DNA of 64,000 nucleotides from Minisyncoccota bacterium (GTDB taxonomy: Bacteria; Patescibacteriota; Minisyncoccia; Phycocordibacterales; CSBR16-119): assembly GCA_041389065.1 (NCBI GenBank), contig JAWKSM010000003.1:17595-81594 (forward strand), given 5' to 3'. Within the stretch, counting starts at the first letter, position 1. Each line of letters starts with the position of its first letter. Below, piece after piece: positions 58,752 through 64,000 of the stretch. Below the pieces are notes generated by a model, which had not been told where the DNA came from, ran no database searches, and saw nothing but the letters and a program-made list of their open reading frames with translations. The position numbers and the translations under genes are program-made.

Positions 58752-59165
58752 TTATCTTTTTTTATCCATATCGTTCAACCAAGCCCACCTCCCTTTTCCA
58801 GCATATGCTGGCATACCTGCAAGCAAAATCTTTTCTAATATTTTAATAACTTTAACATCTTCTTTTTTCTTAGATAAGGCTAAATTTTTAATCATATTAT
58901 ACTTACCCAATGCAATATCTTCTTGAAACCTCAGAACCGTAGATGTGCTAACTTTTAAATTTTTAGAGATACGATATCTTGAAAAACCTTTTGTTATCAA
59001 AATAATAATCGCGAGCCTTTTCGCAAGCATAACAAACTCCGTCTCTGTAAAAAGTTCTTGTATTAAAAAATTCTTGTTATCGGATCTAGTCAAAGCAAAA
59101 AGTAAATCCTTCTTCATCTTTTTCATCAATTTTTCATTTATTTTATTTTTCGAGACATGGGGCAT
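58752..59165 (-). CDS. TrpR/YerC-YecD-like helix-turn-helix regulator
   Basis: ELFTETEFVMLAKRLAIIILITKGFSRYRISKNLKVSTSTVLRF matches the Trp-repressor-like pattern LT..E...la.R..i...L..G.s...I...l.vs..TI.R. Confidence 0.7.
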   Translation of the reverse strand: MPHVSKNKINEKLMKKMKKDLLFALTRSDNKNFLIQELFTETEFVMLAKRLAIIILITKGFSRYRISKNLKVSTSTVLRFQEDIALGKYNMIKNLALSKKKEDVKVIKILEKILLAGMPAYAGKGRWAWLNDMDKKR

Positions 59166-59178
59166 ATTTTTATTATAA

Positions 59179-59210
59179 CCTAATTATGTCGATATATCGA
59201 CATAATTAGG
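59179..59210. repeat. 32-nt perfect palindrome with a TCGATATATCGA apex (family member)
   Basis: CCTAATTATGTCGATATATCGACATAATTAGG begins 14 nt upstream of the regulator's start codon. Confidence 0.95.
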
Positions 59211-59240
59211 ATATTACTTAATACTAAAATTTATTATCTT

Positions 59241-59300
59241 GTCAAAAAAATATATGAAATTGTATCGATATATCGATACAATTTCATATATTTTTTTGAC
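59241..59300. promoter_or_regulatory. 60-nt perfect palindrome with a TCGATATATCGA apex and TTGAC(A) at both ends
   Basis: GTCAAAAAAATATATGAAATTGTATCGATA|TATCGATACAATTTCATATATTTTTTTGAC. With flanking bases, each outer end reads TTGACA facing outward, followed 16-17 nt later by TATAAG (right) or TATTAA (left). Confidence 0.85.
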
Positions 59301-59362
59301 AGTTAACGTATTTATTTTATAAGAAATTTTAATTTAACCCTTTATTTTCAACGTATTTTAAC

Positions 59363-59392
59363 TTGACAAATACGTATATTTTGTGATATAAT
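59363..59392 (+). promoter_or_regulatory. near-consensus sigma-70-type promoter for the SPFH-like operon
   Basis: TTGACA (59363-59368), an 18-nt spacer, then TG-A-TATAAT (59384-59392). Confidence 0.65.
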
Positions 59393-59471
59393 ATAATAGA
59401 AGACTAGGAGTACTCGCCCACGGCGACGAAAGAAGTCTGTTCATTCACAAAACAACCAAACTACATAGACC

Positions 59472-60650
59472 ATGGAAGCCCTGCTAACATTAGTTTTTTT
59501 AATACTGCTAGTAGTGGCAGTATTTCTTGCACCTGTAGCCCTTTCAAGGGGTTACATTTTCAGAGGATGGCTTCTAAATGACCATTTTCTGATACAGGAG
59601 AACAACGGAAGCTTCGCCGGAATGAAGTTACGTTCTGATACTCACAGCTTTCGAGGTGGACGTGATCCTGTAAATAAATGGGAAATCGTCGAAAGACCGA
59701 CCAAGATGACATGGTGGGAAAAAACCACTGGAACATTCGAGGTCGGTGTGTGGCCAATAGCGCAAGCAAAGAAGGTCTACGTACCCTTGAACAGGCTTGA
59801 TGTTATTAGACCCACCAACCCGAAAGATGCAATTCAGTACTTCATTGACACGGTCACGGTTGAATACCGAGGTGTGCCCAGATCTCTAAAGCATGCATTC
59901 CAAACCAGGCCTGTTGAAACTATGGGAGACCGAAACGGTCAATGCAAGATAGGAGAAACGACCAACCTTGTTGCCCTGGTTACTGAAATACTGTCAGTAG
60001 ACTTTGAGATCTATAACCCGTATCTCGCAATAATGCGAATACAAGAAGCTGCAGGTGTTGTGAATTTTATGCAACACCTCAATGAAACGCTTCAAAGTGT
60101 TGCTCGGGAGATAACTGCAAAGTTCACTTACGAGCAGATCATTAAGGCTACTGTTGAAGGAAACGATGGCAACGCGGATACGAAGTTTGGCGATAAGTTC
60201 AAGGAAATGGCAAACGGAGCTCTAGCCAAGTACGGTATCAGGATCACAAACGTCGATCTGGTGGACCATTTCCTGGATCCGGAATCTGAACAAGACCTAC
60301 TTGCATCCCAAAGAGAAAAGATGAAGGCGGAAGCTAACATCATTAATGCTGAAGGAAGCAAGAGGGTTAAGGAGCTGAATGCTCATGGAGATGCCGCGGT
60401 GCTACGCACTATCATGAAAGAAGCAAAAGGAGACCCGAATATAGTTCTTGCAGAACTTGAAAGGCGTGGTAGAACCGACGCTGCAAGATTTGCAGGAGAG
60501 AAGTTTCAAGGTGAATTCCTAACGCTGAGCTTTGGCGGACCAAACTCTGGGCAACCAGGTCCAACGCCAGCAGTAACGGTCGGCGCTGTTAGCCCAAAAG
60601 AAAAAAAGGGTGATCAAAACAAGCAACAAGAAAAGAAAAAGAGATCATGA
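59472..60650 (+). CDS. SPFH/band-7-like membrane protein (GC-rich)
   Basis: N-terminal TM. The middle LVALVTEILSVDFEIYNPY...ITAKFTYEQIIK...AKYGIRITNVDLVD...ASQREKMKAEANIINAEG resembles an SPFH core plus a coiled coil. The tail is rich in Gly, Pro and Lys. Confidence 0.55.
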   Translation: MEALLTLVFLILLVVAVFLAPVALSRGYIFRGWLLNDHFLIQENNGSFAGMKLRSDTHSFRGGRDPVNKWEIVERPTKMTWWEKTTGTFEVGVWPIAQAKKVYVPLNRLDVIRPTNPKDAIQYFIDTVTVEYRGVPRSLKHAFQTRPVETMGDRNGQCKIGETTNLVALVTEILSVDFEIYNPYLAIMRIQEAAGVVNFMQHLNETLQSVAREITAKFTYEQIIKATVEGNDGNADTKFGDKFKEMANGALAKYGIRITNVDLVDHFLDPESEQDLLASQREKMKAEANIINAEGSKRVKELNAHGDAAVLRTIMKEAKGDPNIVLAELERRGRTDAARFAGEKFQGEFLTLSFGGPNSGQPGPTPAVTVGAVSPKEKKGDQNKQQEKKKRS

Positions 60651-61207
60651 TTACCTTCTTCATCATCGGCATAGCGGTATTAACGCTTGTCGTGGTAGCC
60701 TCTGTATTCACAATTGTGAAAAATAGAGGGGTAAAGAGCAGCGATGTGGCGCCATCAAAGAAAGCTTCGGGCGGAGGGTCCATGATCTTCTGGCCGTTGT
60801 CACGTCTTGGTGTCGCGTGCTTAACAGCAGGATTAGCAATCTTCTGCTGGTGGGCCTGGTATGAGATGAAGGACAGTGGTCACATGCACAAAGGAATGAT
60901 GATAGCCGACGGCACAGGGCTGAAGGTATCGAAACTCCCGAAAGGCGGTGACAAGTCTAAACTCGACCGGTATCAATACCCTCAGAAAGCAGACATGGGT
61001 AGGCTCGAGGGCTTCCTGGTTCCACCAGGAGTTGAGCTCGTCGTGGTACCTCTTAAGATGACACCCGACGGTTCATATCAGCCCAGCGATTTCACTCCAT
61101 CGTTTACCTACACCAACCAGAAGCTCAGTTCTGACTACTGGAAGACTGTACTGGAGGTATACACTTTATATCTGGAAGCAATTCCAAAGATAAAGAAGCG
61201 ACCGTAG
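60647..61207 (+). CDS. hypothetical membrane protein, translationally coupled to the SPFH-like gene
   Basis: ATGA start/stop overlap. Two TM segments are followed by a ~100-aa soluble domain, which could be an NfeD-type partner. This is unproven. Confidence 0.5.
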   Translation: MITFFIIGIAVLTLVVVASVFTIVKNRGVKSSDVAPSKKASGGGSMIFWPLSRLGVACLTAGLAIFCWWAWYEMKDSGHMHKGMMIADGTGLKVSKLPKGGDKSKLDRYQYPQKADMGRLEGFLVPPGVELVVVPLKMTPDGSYQPSDFTPSFTYTNQKLSSDYWKTVLEVYTLYLEAIPKIKKRP

Positions 61208-61275
61208 TCACAAAAGTGGTTAAACACTGATGTGGTTTGGCACACTGCTCCAGCAAAGCAGTATAACGACACAGA

Positions 61276-61299
61276 AGGCTCGCCCCACAGGGCGGGCCT
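61276..61299 (+). terminator. intrinsic terminator of the SPFH-like operon
   Basis: AGGCTCGCCC-CACA-GGGCGGGCCT followed by TTTTT. Confidence 0.75.
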
Positions 61300-61342
61300 T
61301 TTTCTTTTATTTATTTTTAAACTTTTCATTTTAAGACAAAAC

Positions 61343-61366
61343 AAAAACCGCCCGAAGGCGGTTTTT
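61343..61366. terminator. bidirectional intrinsic terminator
   Basis: AAAAACCGCC-CGAA-GGCGGTTTTT. Confidence 0.75.
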
Positions 61367-61370
61367 GTTT

Positions 61371-61694
61371 TTACTCTCCTAGTGACGGAAGATTTACTTC
61401 TCCGGTCTGTGGATTGATTTGATTTTCTATACCCAAGGTTCCTAATATGAGTTGCATTATGAAAAATACAGATCCCATAATAGCCATACCTATTAATCCC
61501 CAAATTATATGCTGTTTACCTTTCTCCCTGCCATCAGCACTACTTGAATCTCGAATGAATTCAAATACACCGTAGACAAAGTAGATGGCCGCAATGGCAA
61601 ACATGAGGGTGATAAGAGGGTTAATAAGTACTTTATTAACCTTTCGTATCGTATCATCAACAGATGCGTAAGCAGTAAAAATGAATGGCCACAT
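61371..61694 (-). CDS. TrbC/VirB2-like (type IV secretion pilin-like) small membrane protein, paralog 1
   Basis: NPLITLMFAIAAIYFVYGVFEFIRDSSSADGREKGKQHIIWGLIGMAIMGSVFFI has a TM, a short charged loop, then a second TM. Confidence 0.65.
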   Translation of the reverse strand: MWPFIFTAYASVDDTIRKVNKVLINPLITLMFAIAAIYFVYGVFEFIRDSSSADGREKGKQHIIWGLIGMAIMGSVFFIMQLILGTLGIENQINPQTGEVNLPSLGE

Positions 61695-61702
61695 ATTACG
61701 TA

Positions 61703-62146
61703 TTAAGGACAGTTAGGTTCATTCCATTGGGTTGCTCCGGTAAGAGGATCGACCCCAACAATAATACAAGAACTTGAGTTTTGAACACTGGTTCCCCCTT
61801 GGTTAACACCGAATGTAGAGTTAAGTATTGCAACAAGCCCCCAGATAGAAACGATTACGAAAAGACCTACAATACCTGAGATAATCATTGTTCTACCCTC
61901 TGCTTGTTTTTCATTATCACTTGCTGTTACATATTTAATAACACCAGCAATAACATATATAACTGCAAGAGTAATCAAAATTGGAATAACAATATTTAAG
62001 ATTCCACCCACCACCGCTAATATATTAAACACTGTAGGACCTCCAATATTTGTACCACCTGGAACAACGGGTTCATTTTGAGCAAGCGTCATCAACGGAG
62101 AAGCTAATAAGCCAACTACTCCAAAAGTTTTTATTAATCTATTCAT
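61703..62146 (-). CDS. TrbC/VirB2-like pilin-like protein, paralog 2
   Basis: A signal peptide is followed by ILITLAVIYVIAGVIKYVTASDNEKQAEGRTMIISGIVGLFVIVSIWGL. A Cys-containing C-terminal tail follows. Confidence 0.65.
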   Translation of the reverse strand: MNRLIKTFGVVGLLASPLMTLAQNEPVVPGGTNIGGPTVFNILAVVGGILNIVIPILITLAVIYVIAGVIKYVTASDNEKQAEGRTMIISGIVGLFVIVSIWGLVAILNSTFGVNQGGTSVQNSSSCIIVGVDPLTGATQWNEPNCP

Positions 62147-62230
62147 AGATATAAAAATTTATAAAAAATAATCTAATAATATGCGACCTAAATAAGCTTT
62201 AGGGCTGAATATATTATACCACCTAGTCAA

Positions 62231-62653
62231 CTATTGCGACTCTTGAAGCTGTGGAATAAAGGTAGTGTTGCCTATTCCAAAAGTTCCCTGTAAAACCCCC
62301 ACAAGACCCCAAACAGAAACAATCACAAAAAGACCTACTAATCCATATATTATCAGATTGGTTCCCTCTTCTCTGGCCGAACTGTCATCTCCTTTACTAA
62401 TATATTTTATAACACCGACAATAAACACGATCACGGATATAGATATTAGAAGTGGCCAAACAGATTTTTTTAAAATACAAACAGCTAGATCAAAAATATC
62501 TGCAACACTTCCAATATCAGCAGGGCAACCATTTGTGTTATTACTTGTATTGTAATTAACATTAACAACTGGCTGCGCCAAAGCAAAATTTGCAAAAGGC
62601 ATACTCACCGCAACCACCATAATAATTTGTAATAAAAAATTTTTTATCTTCAT
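62231..62653 (-). CDS. TrbC/VirB2-like pilin-like protein, paralog 3
   Basis: A signal peptide is followed by LLISISVIVFIVGVIKYISKGDDSSAREEGTNLIIYGLVGLFVIVSVWGL. Confidence 0.65.
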   Translation of the reverse strand: MKIKNFLLQIIMVVAVSMPFANFALAQPVVNVNYNTSNNTNGCPADIGSVADIFDLAVCILKKSVWPLLISISVIVFIVGVIKYISKGDDSSAREEGTNLIIYGLVGLFVIVSVWGLVGVLQGTFGIGNTTFIPQLQESQ

Positions 62654-62660
62654 ATTTTAA

Positions 62661-63533
62661 CTAACTAATAAAATTAATAATTGTTTGTACGTAAACCAAA
62701 TTCAACTCGTCAAATGTTCCCTTTAAAACTTTTACTATCGTCCAAGCGCTGAGCAGTATCAAAACTCCGACCACAACCCAGAGCAAGTTTGTTTTTGCGG
62801 ACTCTAGCTCTTTTTCATTTCCTCGAGCCATAACAAGTCTAAGCCCAGAATAAACCAAGAATATTACCATCACCGGAATTCCTATCTTAAGTAAAGCATT
62901 TAAAAGTCCAATTACAAAACCGTTTAAATCAGTAACATTGAGCGGGTTTTGAAAAACAGCCTGTGGCCAGCCAGCAGTTGTTGCGGTGCCGTTTGGATCT
63001 GTTGCATTACCCCCTCCTGGGTTATTATTTCCATCTGTTGGTGGATTGTTGTTTCCACCATCAGACGGAGGGTTGTTGTTGCCTCCTGGCTGCCCTGGAG
63101 AGACTGAAGTTACAAGAACTGAAGTTGTAGGAAATAAGTTTACAGTTTGTGGCGCAAGTCTGAAAAGGAAATAATAATTTGTGCCTGGCAAAAATTGCTG
63201 AGATGAACCAGAAATAGTACCAAAAAAACTATTAGAAGATGAGAAGTTGTTTAAAGTTGGATCTTGGTGGCCCAGAAACCAGTTATTAAATGAAATATTT
63301 GGATCATTTATATCTGGCGGCGGAGTGTCGTAAACATTAAAGAAAACGCCTACGTCTTGAATATTTACACTCTCTAAAGAAAGATTGCCTGAAACATCGG
63401 CGGTTATTTGACCACTATCCTCTTCAAAAACAGCATTTGGTCCTACAGAAAAAGATGCTGATTGAGCATATGAAAAAGATGGAAATAGAAGAACGAAGAT
63501 TGGTATTATTAAAATTTTATAAAAAAACTTCAT
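62661..63533 (-). CDS. TrbC/VirB2-like pilin-like protein with a ~190-aa N-terminal ectodomain, paralog 4
   Basis: A signal peptide and a variable domain are followed by a GGNNNPPSDGGNNNPPTDGNNNPGGG linker. The C-terminus is NPLNVTDLNGFVIGLLNALLKIGIPVMVIFLVYSGLRLVMARGNEKELESAKTNLLWVVVG. Confidence 0.65.
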   Translation of the reverse strand: MKFFYKILIIPIFVLLFPSFSYAQSASFSVGPNAVFEEDSGQITADVSGNLSLESVNIQDVGVFFNVYDTPPPDINDPNISFNNWFLGHQDPTLNNFSSSNSFFGTISGSSQQFLPGTNYYFLFRLAPQTVNLFPTTSVLVTSVSPGQPGGNNNPPSDGGNNNPPTDGNNNPGGGNATDPNGTATTAGWPQAVFQNPLNVTDLNGFVIGLLNALLKIGIPVMVIFLVYSGLRLVMARGNEKELESAKTNLLWVVVGVLILLSAWTIVKVLKGTFDELNLVYVQTIINFIS

Positions 63534-63535
63534 AT

Positions 63536-64000
63536 TTAAACAAGATAATGACTAATCATAGCAATACTTTCTATTGTTTCTTTTATAAGTTTTGCAAAAA
63601 TCCAAGCGCCAAGAAGTATCGCACCACCGATAACAGCATAGGTGAAAGCATTTCGCGCAGTTTCAAGTTGGGCTGTATCCCCTCTTGCGGTCACAAATAA
63701 AAGACCAGAATAAATAATTGCAATTGCAATAATTGGAATACCAATTTTAATTGCGAAAGTGATCACCTTTTCAATAAAACTAACCAAAGTCATATTGCTA
63801 TCCCCTATTGGATTTTGAATATTTATGTCGATTTCTTCACCGGATATTCCTATAGGATTGGTGTTGGCGCCACTATTATTTGTTGTAGAATTTTGCTGAG
63901 TTAAATCTGCTGGCCAGGTTGATTGATATGTAATTTGAGTTACATATTGCCAATTTCTATCATCACACTCATTTACAGAACAATTATATTTTAGATTTGA
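63536..64000 (-). CDS. TrbC/VirB2-like pilin-like protein with an N-terminal ectodomain, paralog 5 (5' end beyond the window)
   Basis: The frame stays open to the window edge. The C-terminus is NPIGDSNMTLVSFIEKVITFAIKIGIPIIAIAIIYSGLLFVTARGDTAQLETARNAFTYAVIGG. Confidence 0.65.
   Translation of the reverse strand, partial: SNLKYNCSVNECDDRNWQYVTQITYQSTWPADLTQQNSTTNNSGANTNPIGISGEEIDINIQNPIGDSNMTLVSFIEKVITFAIKIGIPIIAIAIIYSGLLFVTARGDTAQLETARNAFTYAVIGGAILLGAWIFAKLIKETIESIAMISHYLV

Noticed and set aside
1-64000. An alternative genetic code (UGA recoding as in Gracilibacteria/SR1) as the explanation for the broken genes.
   Set aside because: Breaks are mostly frame changes, not in-frame TGA codons. 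TGA acts as a genuine stop, for example in the ATGA overlap at 60647-60650. Long intact genes (clpB, valS, lepA) need no recoding.

Overview
This is a 64-kb chromosomal segment from a low-GC, compact bacterium that resembles a Patescibacteria/CPR (Parcubacteria-type) genome. The backbone is housekeeping: alaS, mnmA, mltG, rseP, frr, holB, mreB, murA, priA, rpsU, ybeY, ftsA, ftsZ, trxB, tsaD, valS, lepA, rel, parB, miaA, clpB, infB and rbfA. ValRS and IF-2 look shortened. I count 11 intact tRNA genes plus three tRNA-like remnants, one very large NHL-repeat surface protein, and a tandem array of at least five TrbC/VirB2-like pilin paralogs. Four things sit on top of this backbone. (i) About ten short, visibly GC-richer cassettes carry orphan genes; each is closed by a GC-rich hairpin and several lie next to tRNA genes. 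(ii) A family of long palindromes shares an invariant TCGATATATCGA apex. It is concentrated around a TrpR/YerC-like regulator that is divergent from a GC-rich SPFH-like operon, and this is the best candidate for an undescribed system. (iii) A ~750-bp ORF-free, hairpin-rich region lies beside a duplicated tRNA-Leu. (iv) There is an AT-rich HEPN-like two-gene module. Many essential genes are frame-broken in patches, with breaks in A/T homopolymers. I interpret this as a sequence-quality artefact, not biology. I saw no rRNA, CRISPR array, integrase or transposase. All calls come from reading the supplied ORF translations and the sequence by eye; no database search was possible.
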